Part shown: positions 50,505-63,214 of the stretch, one piece after another
Layout: each line of letters opens with the position of its first letter
Numbering within the stretch: position 1 is the stretch's first letter
Source of the DNA: Octopus sinensis
Lineage: Eukaryota
Assembly: GCF_006345805.1 (NCBI RefSeq)
Contig: NC_042997.1
Span: forward strand, 108,190,001-108,254,000
Direction of reading: 5' to 3'
DNA: 64,000 nucleotides
Translations under genes and position numbers: made by a program
Notes under the pieces: generated by a model
What the model was told of the DNA's origin: nothing
The model's input: the letters and a program-made list of their open reading frames with translations, nothing else
Database searches by the model: none

Positions 50505-51275
50505 GCTCTAGGCACAAGGGGCCCGAAATTTGGGGGGAGGGGGCAGTCGTTCAGATCGATCCCAGTGCGTAACTGGTACTTATTTAATCGACCGCAAAAG
50601 GACGAAGAGCACAGTCGACCTCGGCGGAATTTGAACTCAGAGCATAAAGACAGACGAATTGCCTATTTCTTTACTACCCACAAGGGGCTAAATACAGAGG
50701 GGACAAACAAGGACAGACAAACGGATTAAGTCGATTATATCGACCCTAGTGTGTAGCTGGTACTTATTTAATCAACAAAGTCGACCTCGGCGGAATTTGA
50801 ACTCAGAACGTAGCGGCAGACGAAATACCTATTTCTTTACTACCCACAAAGGGCTAAACACAGAGAGAACAAACAAGGACAGACACACAGATTAAGTCGA
50901 TTATATCGACTTCAGTGCGTAACTGGTACTTATTTAATCGACCCTGAAAGGATGAAAGGCAAAGTCGACCTCGGCGGAATTTGAACGTAACATCAGACCA
51001 GGCGAAATACCGCTAAGCATTTCGCCCGGCGTGGTAACGTTTCTTATTTCTTTATTGCCCACAAGGGGCTAAACATATAGGGGACAAACAAGGACAGACA
51101 AAGGGATTAAGTCGATTAGATCGACCCCAGTGCGTAACTGGTACTTAATTTATCGACCCCGAAAGGATGAAAGGCAAAGTCGACCTCGGCGGAATTTGAA
51201 CGTAATGTCAGACCAGGCGAAATAACCGCTAAGCATTTCGCCCGGCGTGGTAACGTTTCTGTCAGCTCGCCATCT
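50505..51275 (-). mobile_element. Head-to-tail multimer of four SINE family A units
   Basis: Units about 50505-50660, 50661-50828, 50829-51040 and 51041-51275, joined tail-to-internal-site. Confidence 0.85.
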
Positions 51276-51296
51276 TACTTATATACACTTATATGT

Positions 51297-51371
<75 letters not shown>

Positions 51372-51755
51372 GATGGATGGATGGATGGAGTCGTCTAAGA
51401 ATCTATAAGTTAGAAAAAACAGGCATTCGTGCATTTGTCAATAGAATGAATATATTAATCGTAATAGTATTAAAGATCCATTTCAGCCGAACGCACATAA
51501 CTTATGTAATTGGGCGATATCTAAGCGCGCGTGTCAGAGTCGACGGTATGGAAGAAAAACAACGACGGTTCTCTGCTACTGGAGGTCAGCAATTGTCACA
51601 TTCGGTTTGCGGGTGCTGTGGGAAAAAAAATTAAGAAAAAAATTAAAACTGACCGAATCCGTAGGAGAAGATATGAGGCGGATTCTATCGAGAGTTTTGC
51701 CCCTTGTTCGGAGAAACTCTGAGTAAGTGATAAATGCGAGTAAATAGGGGCTTGA

Positions 51756-51786
<31 letters not shown>

Positions 51787-51895
51787 GTGGGGGAGATGGG
51801 GAGAAGGAGTAAATGGGCGGGCGCCTAATCTTAAACTAAAGCGTTGATGCTTATGTGCATATGCATGTGTGTGTGCGTGTATATACATACATACA

Positions 51896-51992
<97 letters not shown>

Positions 51993-52197
51993 GATGAGAG
52001 ATATTAGTGTCAAGAAGCTCCAGGTTCGATAATGATACGAATGAGGAGTCCAACGTGGGTCGTGTACTAGCAAGCATATATATAAAAATTAACAGAATGA
52101 GTTTTAAAAAAATCCAAGGCTGTGAATAGTTTTCAGAACATTTATAAAGATAAGGTCTTACAGCTGTTTCCGGGATAAATATATATAAATATAATAA

Positions 52198-52261
<64 letters not shown>

Positions 52262-52266
<5 letters not shown>

Positions 52267-52440
52267 GCTAGCCACTACACATTGTTTATTTTCTCTTCTT
52301 GTTTCTTTCTGTGTTCCTTTCTGTGGAGGAGCGTAAGCTCGAAATGTTAAAGACTTTTTCACTTCCCGAGCGTTATACTGATACATCTGTTTGTTGTCTA
52401 CACCACCTGTCTTCGCCCTTTTTTTTTTGTGAATTCTCCC
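52262..52440 (+). mobile_element. pLTR-like repeat (family of 33420-33610)
   Basis: Colinear with the reverse complement of 33420-33610. Confidence 0.7.
52317..52352 (+). ncRNA. Hammerhead-like motif with non-canonical core CUGUGGA-G
   Basis: cttt-CTGTGGAG-GAGC gtaa GCTC-GAAA-TG-TT-aaag. Confidence 0.45.
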
Positions 52441-52472
52441 TATATATACAAATATATATATATGTATATATA

Positions 52473-52541
<69 letters not shown>

Positions 52542-52549
52542 TAACCTTT

Positions 52550-52950
52550 TACTAGTTTCAGTCATTTGACTATCTTCATACTAGAGCAACGCCTTTTAGT
52601 TGAGCAAATCAAACCCAGGACTTATTCTTTGTAAGCCTAGTACTTATTCTATCGGATTACTTTTGCCGAATCGCTAAGTTACAAGGACGTAAACGAACGA
52701 ACATTGGTTATCAAGTGATGTTGGAGACAAACACACACACACACAAGCATATACAAACACATACAAACACGCGCGCACACACATATATATATGTATATGA
52801 CGGGCTTCTTTCAGTTTCCGTCTTCCAAATTCATTCACAAGGCTTTGGTCGGCCCGAGGTTATAGTGGAAGACACTTATCCCAAGGTGTCACGCAGTGAA
52901 ACTGCACCCGGAACCATGTGGTTGGTAAACAAGCTACATACCACACACCC
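52550..52950 (-). mobile_element. SINE family B, near full length
   Basis: gtttcagtcatttgact...ttttgccgaatcgctaag...cacaaggctttggtcggcccgagg...ccggaaccatgtggttgg. Confidence 0.82.
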
Positions 52951-53004
52951 ACTATATATATATATATATATATGTACTAATCGAAGTGTACAGTATTATA
53001 TAGT

Positions 53005-53108
53005 CATTACGGCCAATCTTACCAGTTGGTTTCGCACTAGGGTTTCAACGGAGTGTCAAGTAACACTCCGACTTTGTAACCCTGCACTCTTCAGTGGTAT
53101 CCGTTATG
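53005..53108 (-). ncRNA. Hammerhead-like motif with an elongated stem II
   Basis: CTGAAGA (53088-53094), GTGC/GTGC wobble stem, AGGGTT/AACCCT and CGGAGTGT/ACACTCCG, then GAAA and near-palindromic ACCAACTGGT-A; proximal stem I is ambiguous. Confidence 0.5.
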
Positions 53109-53126
53109 TAAAAAAATATGGCGACT

Positions 53127-53207
<81 letters not shown>

Positions 53208-53353
53208 TCACATACACAAACATGCATATATATGTGCATATATATATATTTATATATACATAATATATATATGTATATGTGTGTGTGTTATATACGTTCA
53301 CACACAATCGTCTGTATGTATGTACGTATGTGTGCATGTATGTGTCTATGTGC

Positions 53354-53384
<31 letters not shown>

Positions 53385-53699
53385 TTCGTTGCGCTCTCAC
53401 AAATGGATAGAAGCCATGTGGGTTGATAGATTATAGTGATTTGGGAGTCGCTTTATTAAATAAGTGGTGTGTTTTACTTGTAGCAAAGGGGGCAGGTTAC
53501 TAATTAAAGACGAATTTACACACAGGATATGGGGAGGGGGAATGGGGTGGGAAGAAGAAGGCAATAAATAAATAAATAAATAAGTGAATGAGAGCTAGAG
53601 GTAGGAAAGTGGGCTAATCGATGCTTATGTTGAATGGGAATAACCTGTTAACCCACCCTTATCCTCCCCATCACATAATGACGTATTGTGAATAAACGT

Positions 53700-54230
53700 T
53701 TAGTGGTGGTCGCCACCTCCGGTCTTTCACCGCCACTACTGCCACCGCCGCCATCACTGCCATCTCCACCAACAGTAAGAATCAACGAAAGATCCTCTTC
53801 GTGATCGCTCGAACAGCTAGAAATAGCAGCTAAATTCCATCACGTACACATCGTTTTCTGAAGCACCGGAAGGGCGCTATTGCACACTGTAGCCCTGTAC
53901 GGTGCAGAAAGGTGGAATGGTCACTAGTGGAGCGACTTTGATCGACGGCGCAATCGATCAGAGCAAGGCCCAGGATTAAACAACTACACCAAACAGTGGA
54001 AGACCCACCAGCCATCATCGTAATAATCATCATCATCATCGACATAATCCCATCCACCTCCAGCATTTATACAAACGACGAAATAAAGAGAAAGCAGGTT
54101 GGTTATTATTGTTATTGTTATTGTAGTTGGAGGAGGAAGAGGAGGAGGAGGAAAAGGTTGGTGGTGGTGGTGGAGGCAGGAACCAGTGGCGGCGGCGGCG
54201 GTGGGGGAGGAACTCAGTCCACACTTAACC
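53700..54230 (+). promoter_or_regulatory. Putative promoter/5' UTR of the UBASH3-like gene
   Basis: GC- and CpG-richer segment directly upstream of the ATG, with short (CCR)n, (ATC)n, (GGA)n, (GGT)n and (GGC)n triplet runs. The TSS cannot be located. Confidence 0.4.
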
Positions 54231-54346
54231 ATGGCGGCAGCCCTACCACAGAAGACCGTCCGCTTCAAAAACGAAGCCAAATTTACTGACAAAACCAAAT
54301 CTACCCTGGCTTCACTCATACAAATGGGATTTTCCAAGCACAGAGC
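54231..54346 (+). CDS. UBASH3: First coding exon of a UBA-domain protein, UBASH3/Sts-like (MAAALPQKTVRFKNEAKFTDKTKSTLASLIQMGFSKHR-A, phase-2 donor)
   Basis: Strong Kozak context aaccATGG at 54231. 38 open codons end in the UBA helix-1/MGF motif (LASLIQMGFSKHRA), followed by consensus donor GC|GTAAGT at 54347. An N-terminal UBA preceded by M-A-x-LP-x-K matches the layout of invertebrate UBASH3/Sts proteins. The symbol is from recall; other UBA proteins cannot be excluded. Confidence 0.68.
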
Positions 54347-57300
54347 GTAAGTAGCCATTATCTTTCCGTTTGTTCTTCTTCTTCTTTGTGTTTTTATTCC
54401 GCCAATGTTTTTATTGACAGCCAAATATATTAGTGCGTATTTCCGTGTTTGCTATCAGTTGCCACAAATTGGGGGATCAATTTAAACATTAACTTAACGA
54501 CCGATTGCACCCCCATTTTGTGGCCCACCTTTACGGCCGGTTTCCCCAGCAGCCGCCGTATGTCTCTATATGCTTCTTTATTCTATATTTCGCTCGTTTC
54601 TTTGCCATTCCAGTGTTGATACAAGCAAACAAACAGCAGAATTGTTGATTTATTTCTGCGAAAAATAAAAGCTAATCCCATGATTTCTACTTCAACGTTC
54701 TCGAAACTACTTTTTTGCTTAAAGATAAACGACAAGTGGTCATAAAATGGAGGATTCGTGTGTCTTGAGGATGTTAGGGTGTATATATGTATATACATAT
54801 ATATATATATAAAGGATGTCACCGTGCGTGTGTGTGCATTATGTATATGCATGCATATATATGTGCATGTATATATCTGTTTATAGGATAAGACCGTGTG
54901 TCTTATATATACATATGTATATGCATATAGTGCTTATTATATATGTATATATATATATATACATACAAGGAGATGCACGCACATATATATGTTTATACAC
55001 ATAGATGTCTGTATAAATATGCAGATAGTTTATATACCCTGCACCATGCATACACATACATACCTATACAAATAATGCATAAATACATCAGATATATACA
55101 TACATCTATCTGTGCATGTGTATATAACTTTACATTTTATAAACATACTCTGAAGATCTTGTTATATTTTTTGTTGTATTTTATTTATCCCTGTTTTAAT
55201 TTTTCGTTTGTAACTGAATTATAAATACTGGGTCTTGCTTCTATTAACCTCGAGGTTGTGTACAACCCACACTTGGGGCACCTTGTGCGCCACTAAACAT
55301 CCTGTATATATTGCTTACACGTATACACACACATATATATCTACATACATATATACACTTATATAACACCCAACTGTTCACCCATCATTGGTTTAAAGTC
55401 TCTAGTACCAGTCATTCTCTTTACCAATTAATTACGGTCTTCCTTCTATCAACTACCGGGATATCTTCGCACTTATTTCTTCCTCAAACCACTTGCAATA
55501 ATAATAATAATTTATTATTATTATTATGCCCGTTACATGTTCATTGTCGGGAATATTTCTGACAATGAAAGGTTGCCGTTTCTATTTTGTAGGAAATCGA
55601 CGAAAACGTTTCTACCCATGTTCGGAGTTGCTAACTATATTGGCCGGTTTGTTTATTTTTGTGTGTACATCTTAAGTGTTCTTCCATGTAGATTAAACAC
55701 ACCCAACCACTAATTAGAGACACGTTTCGTCGTTTTTCCCACCTTTTTTCCCCCCACTTCAAATGACAACACTGTCCTAAAAAAGAAAAAAAAAACAAGC
55801 TGTCACATTTGCAACACTCGTGCTTGTCCCTAGTTGGGTCACTGCTAGTAGTAAACCCGTTGTCCCTCACTGCAAATAGCTGAGCTTTTAAACAATCTGT
55901 TATTGCTAGCACCGAACTCGAATATTCTCTCGAATTCCTTGTCCTACTGTTGATAAAATAGCAACGCATTCTTTCTGTTTGGTGTTTCCATTTATATAGA
56001 TGTTGATGTCTTTTTAAAGAATTCGTAGAAAAATATACTACAGCAGGTACTCTTGTCGTGGACAGCAACTAGTAAATGAGATCAATATTATTGAAGTTAT
56101 TCATATATATATAGATATATAAATGTGTGTGTGTGTATACAACGTGTCTTTGCGATATGAATGGATGCAAAATCAATGTTTTTATTCATTTAATGTCGCC
56201 TTAAAATTTATTTCAGATTGCAAATCTTAGAACCATGTTCCGGAATTCTTGAATTTCTTCTCCATTCTCTGCTCCGAGTAAAAGAAACAAGATTCTGAAC
56301 ACTGTACCCCTCACACTTTCTCATTTTGGGATGAGCTAGATAAAGGGAACACTATTTATTAAGGCCGTCGATGTTTTGGTTTTAAGGAACTAAATTTGGA
56401 GATCAGGGTGTTGTGTGAATGACGAAGAAACGGGAGTAGAAATAATCTCGATAGTTTTAGATATTGTCTGGGACCTTCTTTCCCTGCCTCTGTTCTCTCC
56501 TCTAAAACTTTATAATTGTTTATGTTTAAGACTCTTCCCAGCTCCCTTGGACTTTAATATTCCTGTGATCTGGTAGTAATTAAAAAAGTATCTAAATTGT
56601 AACATTCTCTAATTATTGCGTTTAACAATTAGATTTTCTTGAAAGATAATATCAACGACTACAACAATTTTCTGAAATGTAATTTTGCAATAATTTTTAA
56701 AATGTGGAATTTTTACTTAATCCCTCTTGATTTTGATGTTTCCCCGTGTTAATAATAATGTTCCACGTACACCTCCCTCAGTTTTATTTTTGACAAACCA
56801 TACACACAATAAAATCTGGGTTTTAAAAGACGTATTAATTAGAATTAAACTGTTTTTATTAATTTTTAGACACTAATTGTTAAGACGGAATTAATTTGTG
56901 GTCCTAGTCCTTAAAATACTTCGGGCTTTGTGTTTGAGGATCAGTTTGGTGAGTTTGAATATCAACGGATGTTTTAAATCCTACCAGATAAAGCTTTTTT
57001 TTTTTTAATAAAAATAAAAATAATTTTTCCGAAACAGTATATTTAAGGTGTTGAATATCCACCTATTGACTACAATAACCTCGCCATGTCGTGGTGGGAC
57101 CTGTTACTGAAGCACCTTTTGTTTAAAACCAGTTTGTAAGATAAACACATCGAGTGAGAATTTGTTCAACCACCGCACTGTGTACGTTGTCGCTACATAC
57201 AAATATTCTCTCGTTCATTAAACTCTATCTTCATGTTTTTCTTTGGAGAATTTTCCTTCTTAAACAGGGCTTTCCACTAGTGTTATGTCTTATGATGGAG

Positions 57301-58194
57301 CAGGGTGGGGCAGTATCGCCAGCAACACTACTGTCCTTCACCTCTCATCCTTGCACTTTTTACTTCTGGTTACCACTTCCTTCTCCAAGAATATTTAACT
57401 AGGAGCTCTACATCTCTCCCCTCTTCTTTCCCCCTATAGTTTTCTTAAAGCCTTCTCGGACTATACAATAAACATATCGTTCTCCTTTCTTCAGTTTAAA
57501 GCGAGTTTGTTTACTTTCCTATGTCAACAGTCCTGTTTTTGCCCTTTCTTTCACAGCACCACCAACCCCACAGTTTTACCACTATAAATGGATGTGTGTG
57601 TGTGTAAGTAACCTTCCCCCCAAAACCACTTCAAGGCACGCATCCACCTTTTAAAAGCCCCATTTTTTCCCCTTTTCTCCGTCTCTTCAGTTAATTCTTG
57701 TCTTCCCTCCTTTTCCTTCTAAACCGCCTGTCGTTGCTCAATTGTTGCTACGTAATTCATTCTTATCTAAACTTCATTACACCTTATTTCTCCATATTTT
57801 TACCACCCACCCCTTAATTAATTCACACTACCCCACTCATGTCGTTAAGAAGTTCATTAGGAGGCCACCCGCCCCAGCGGAATATCCCCCACCTCACGTT
57901 ATTCATTTAACCCGCTATTAACCCTTCTATCCCCCACCATTTACCCCACCCTCCAATTACTGTTCCTTGTATTTCTTTCTTCTTTCACTCATCAATTAAT
58001 ATTTAATTATTTCGTGCCAGGATTAATTATTAATTATATGAGACACACTTATGTATATATACATGTATGTATATATATATATATAAAACCTATATATATA
58101 CACCTATATATATAAACCTATATATAAAAAAATATATACATATATAAACCTATAAATAAAAAACATGTATATATACCTATATATATAAACCTAT

Positions 58195-58227
<33 letters not shown>

Positions 58228-59361
58228 CATATCTATATATATATATATGAGAGAGAAATTTAAAAATTGCTCAGAAATACGACGACAAAAGGAACGCACG
58301 GAAAATTCACACCCAAGCCGTGGACCTGCTCTTTCCTCATCACTTATCCAAAAATCATAACAATTTCACGCCTTTAGCGATGTGTGCGTATGTGTGTGTA
58401 GTAATAATTTATCTTTTTTTTTCATTTTTTTTCCCCCATCAGGTTTTCTCAGGTTTTCTGTCAATAGTAGTAGCCAGCAGCTTCAAATATTTACTTTCCC
58501 CTCTCTGCAAATAATATAGTATTAGAAAGGGGGGAGGGTTATGTTGCAGTCTTATTAACAACAGCTCAGGCCGGGAGTTGCTTTTGGGAGGTCCTTCGTC
58601 CGCTCTCTCTCTCTCTCTCTCTCATTAATATCTACAGGACGTCGAATCACCATCATCATCACCATCATCATCATATGTACAGCCAATAGTAGTAGTAGTA
58701 GTACTGACAGTAGTAATAGTAGTATCAGCGGTTTCTTCCCCGACAAACGGTCTGGACAGTTTTTACCTTATGGAGCACTTCTGCAGATTTAGCCCAGCAT
58801 TCCGTTGAAAGAAAAGACCGAAATCTAACCAAGACCGGGCTTTCGAATGCTGAATGAAATCAAGAAAATAGGATGGACTACAAATAATTTATATTCTGGT
58901 TGATTCTTATTTTAGACATGACGCAGAATAGGAGAAACTTTCGTATGGTTTCGCTGAACAAGAAGAATTTCTTTTAAAATATTGTCGTCATTTAATTGAT
59001 ACAATCTGTCTGTAGATGCCATTCTTAGGAGTTGAAGAATATAATTCATAAAAAAGAAATATAATAATAACAATAATAATATTATCTTTGCTTTCTCAAT
59101 ATTATTTTTTTTTTTTCAATGAATGAACAGCAAGTGAAAGTAAATAGTGTTTAAGATCTTTATTGACTGTCGGATTTACGACTGAACCAGCTTTTATTAT
59201 CTTCATAATCCACAGTCAACCGTTTGAAACGATTGAATAGAAGGAAACTTATTTCTTGGACGATCAAGATCTGAAGAGCAGCTGCTTTGAAAAAAGAAAC
59301 CTCAAGGGGTTCTTTATTTCGTTTAAGAAAGAAAGAAAAAAATTCTTATTACGTGTGTCGG

Positions 59362-59392
<31 letters not shown>

Positions 59393-59915
59393 CATATACA
59401 TATATATATACATATATATATATATATCGAGCTATTTGACGATTATATAACCCAAGGAAGAAGTGAAAGAAAGGAAACGAGAGGACAGAGAAAGACAATT
59501 GGATTTCTTTATATTTTCCTTCTTTAATCAGCTCAAGTCAGGTGTGGAGAAGAATTAACATGTGGATTTCAAGCGGATCTTAGTGAGGATCAATTTCTTA
59601 TCACCATCATCATCACCACCATCACATTATCCGTTTTTTTTTCCCCTTTCTATATAAATATATGAATTATTAATAGAATTTTTTTTCTTCCTTTCTGTTC
59701 ATTTTAATGCATTTAATTTTTAATTATTCTAATTTAATGTCTTGAAGATTTACCATTTTGTCTAAATTCCTACTATAATTAGAGTCACCCAGTAAAATAC
59801 CTGTGACGCAACAACAACAGCCACACTGCCTACCGCGACGTTTTACCAATTCTTTCATGCTGGTCTAATCGAGTCGGCCATTTCTAACTCTCTTTCTCTG
59901 TCTGTCTGTCTCTCT

Positions 59916-59958
<43 letters not shown>

Positions 59959-60716
59959 TTCGTCCCCAACCCACCCCTCTCAATCCATTCCATGACGGAA
60001 GCATGCAAAAATATGCTAATTTAATTTTCTCATGCAGCTCTTCGTTCTTTCCTTCCTTCCTTTCTTCCTTCCTTCCTTGTTTGCTTTCTGTCGTCTCTCC
60101 ATTTACTTTCTTCTCTCCTTATGTTCCAGCCTCTGTACGTGTGTATGTAGAGAGAGAGAGAGAGAGAGATAAGCACGCGCATCATTGCTGCTACCAACAT
60201 CACCTAAGGCTGATTGTTACGTTATTATTATTATCATTATCATTATTATTATTGTTGTTGTTGTTGTCTCCCTCACCAGATGCCATTCTGGCAAATAAAA
60301 GAAATCATCATCATTATTATTATTTCACCGTTATTTTTGTTACATCTAGTTTTAATTTTCAACCATCAGGTGCATATAACTTGTCTGTTATATAAAATAT
60401 CTTATCTGCCTGAGGAGGTGGGTACCTCCCCCACCCACCCTGACATCCTCCTTCCCTTGAAATACCAATTTTAACCCTATTTTGGTCAAACCAACTGCTT
60501 GACATTGATTCAGTTTCTGATTAACCAATTTAATTAGCTAAATAAGAACATTATATATTTATCTATCTACCTGTCTACTTACCTGTCTGTAAGTGTGTGT
60601 ATAAATATATCCGTGTGTGTATATATATATATTATATATATATATATATACCCATACATATGTGTGTGTGTGTGTGTGTGTGTATATATACCCATACATA
60701 TGTGTGTGTGTGTGTG

Positions 60717-60758
<42 letters not shown>

Positions 60759-61854
60759 CATACCCACATGAAATGCATGTGTGTAAATATTTGTCTTTGT
60801 CAGAAAGGTCATTTATTTTTTGTATCAGAGTTCATGAATAAGAATCAGATCTCATGAGGAAAAGTTAGCTACAATGGGGCTGACATCCTTTCCATGAGAT
60901 CATTCATCTCTCTTTTGCAAAATGTAGCTTTTATTTAATGAACCCTGCAGGACATGATGACCTGCGCTTTAACCCTTTCACTATAGAAGTTGTCCAAAAC
61001 TGATTGTCCGTCTGTCATGATTTCTTTTTTCTAGAAAAGTATAAAAATTTCAGTTTTGAAATTTTAATTTTCACAATTTATGTGGCCTGGGCTACTGGTT
61101 GAAATTTTAATTAGGGTGCTCACAATTTTACAGTAGAAATCAAAGTAGAGGATTACGGTGGGAATTATTTTCACTTTGTTTAGTTTAGAAACCAAATCTG
61201 TTGAGTTGGGTGGATGATTCTAGAAAGTCAGGTGTCAGTAATAATTGAAGCAGCAAGTTCTGTTTTTTAATTTAATTTTTTTTTTAAACCCTTGAATGCT
61301 TTTTGTATTAACCAAGGTTAATTAACAGTCCTCATTAATAGAAAGGGTTTGAGTGACCTTCAGTAAGATATTTGGTTTCTGGTTCATTATAAACCCAAAT
61401 CAAATTTATTCAATATTAACATTGAAATATTTGAGAGGAAATTCATAAATTCCCATTATTAGGATTAATTTCTGAACCTGAGGAGAATAGTATTTCTCTT
61501 GGAACTATTGAACAAATAACATGCAAATATAATCAGGGACAAATCCCTTGAATGTCAGGTTAATGTGTATTACACAAAAATAACTTCAAAACCAATATTG
61601 TTCTTGATGGTGGGAAAGGGAATGTATGATGGAAGGTTCAACGAAATTGGAGTGACCAAGGTGTTGCCAGACTGGGCATTATCAAGGACAATGTTTTTTG
61701 GTTGCTTACTCTTGTGAATTTGAAACTTTCTAAAGTTAGACTCAGTTTTTCAGCTTCATTGAATCAATATAGTAAATAACCAGTAAGATTCTGGGACAAA
61801 ATTGGCCACAGGTGAGGCTGATAATCTATTGGTGAAAATTAGCATTTTCTGCAG

Positions 61855-62125
61855 CAGTGGTTCTCAGCCAGGGTTTACATGACCCTTGGGGGGTGGGGTG
61901 GGGTCATTTTCTTCTTAAAATGTATGTACAATAAATTGGTTAGACTTCTGCAATGCACAAAATATTTTAAGTAATTTTTTTTATACAATTCCTGGTAATA
62001 TTTAATTTTAAAAATAGAATAAGAATTTTTTAAGCATCAGATAGCTAGGAGGGTCCACTAGAGTAAAATAGAAATCAAAGGGATCCATAGGCAAAAAAAA
62101 AAAGAAGGGGGATTCAGAACCTGTG
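61855..62125. mobile_element. Old hAT-type MITE
   Basis: Left end CAGTGGTTCTCA; decayed right end tcagaacctgtg; 8-bp TSD ttctgcag/ttctacag (7 of 8). Confidence 0.6.
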
Positions 62126-62164
62126 TTCTACAGCATCACTGCCACTGCCTTGTCTAATTGTCAC

Positions 62165-62381
62165 CACATTTCTATTGGAATTCACTGCTTTTGCTGCAAT
62201 TAATTTTGAAAAGAATGAAAAAAATTAGTAAAATAACTTTGTTGTTAATAAGCAGGTGTTTAGAATATAAATTAAAATGACATTTTGACGCAAGGTTTTA
62301 AATTCAGATCATTTTAAAAGCAGAAAGTTTGTTTTGTAAAACTAAGGGTTATCTCAGGTGGGAATGGATGAAAAGGGTTAA
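62165..62381. mobile_element. Possible piggyBac-like MITE remnant
   Basis: Ends in aaaaggg|ttaa; a ttaa|ccctttca end also occurs at 60969-60980, but the pairing is unproven. Confidence 0.35.
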
Positions 62382-63131
62382 AGACATTCAGGTGTCAAGG
62401 TGGTATATATGGGGTACTCTAATACTCTTATACAGGTGTCATTAACTTGCTGTTCTCAAGTGAAATCTCTTCCCAACCAAAGCTATGATGATGGGTTGAT
62501 ATTCTGTCTTGAAGATTAAAATATTCCTCAAACATTCAACATCTTGAAGTAAATTGTGACATCAAATGGTTTTGGCTGTTGAGACATATGTTGTCCTGTG
62601 TGCTCTGATTTTCTTCAGTGCTGACCAAAGATGATGATGGAATGTCAATGAAGAATTTTGTTTAGCTTTGCATCGTTACAGAACAAACTATTGGATGATT
62701 TGTAAGAAGTGAGTTGATTCTGAAATGAAATCTTTAATTTTGGCAAGTTTTCAAACAAGCACCAATTATCTCCTATATTCTAAAAATATGCCAATTTAAA
62801 TGCCCTTGGCTCCCCTAAACAAAATAATTCATTTTACCAATTATATAAAATGTAATTTGTAAGGTAGGTTCATTTCCTGCTGAATAAACAAATATTTGAA
62901 ACTTTAGTTCATCTCTTAACTATTATTGGTTATTGATCTGGGGGTTATTGGGTGTTTAAAATCTAAAAACAAATTCTGAAAATGAATGTAAAACCTCTTG
63001 ATTTCCTTAAATCCAGTGAAACATTTTAACCAATTCTGTTGTGTCTGAGGAGAGTCATTTTCTTTTTGTGCCTTATAATTGAAAAACACACCCACCGGTA
63101 AAATTTCCACTTTTTTCTTATTTTTATTTTC

Positions 63132-63168
63132 CTAAAATTTTCGTTGCGTCTTGCAACCTTTTCAATAG
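63132..63168 (-). ncRNA. Minimal hammerhead with a U3-A8 core pair and an extra G after A9
   Basis: cta-TTGAAAA-G-GTTGC aagac GCAAC-GAAA-AT-TT-tag; palindromic AATT stem III. Confidence 0.6.
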
Positions 63169-63176
63169 AGTCAAAA

Positions 63177-63214
63177 CTATTGAAAAGGTTGCAAGACGCA
63201 ACGAAAATTTTCAG
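63177..63214 (+). ncRNA. Mirror copy of the U3-A8 hammerhead, stem I disrupted
   Basis: cta-TTGAAAA-G-GTTGC aagac GCAAC-GAAA-AT-TT-tcag. Confidence 0.5.

Noticed and set aside
55590-56320. AG acceptors at about 55593 and 56216 as exon 2 of the UBASH3-like gene
   Set aside because: In-phase translations do not continue the UBA domain; the 56216 frame also stops within about 30 codons.
60969-62381. Single 1.4-kb piggyBac element defined by TTAA-CCCTTT...AAAGGG-TTAA
   Set aside because: The TIR match is only about 6-8 bp and the interior contains other unrelated MITE pieces, so the two ends probably belong to separate remnants.
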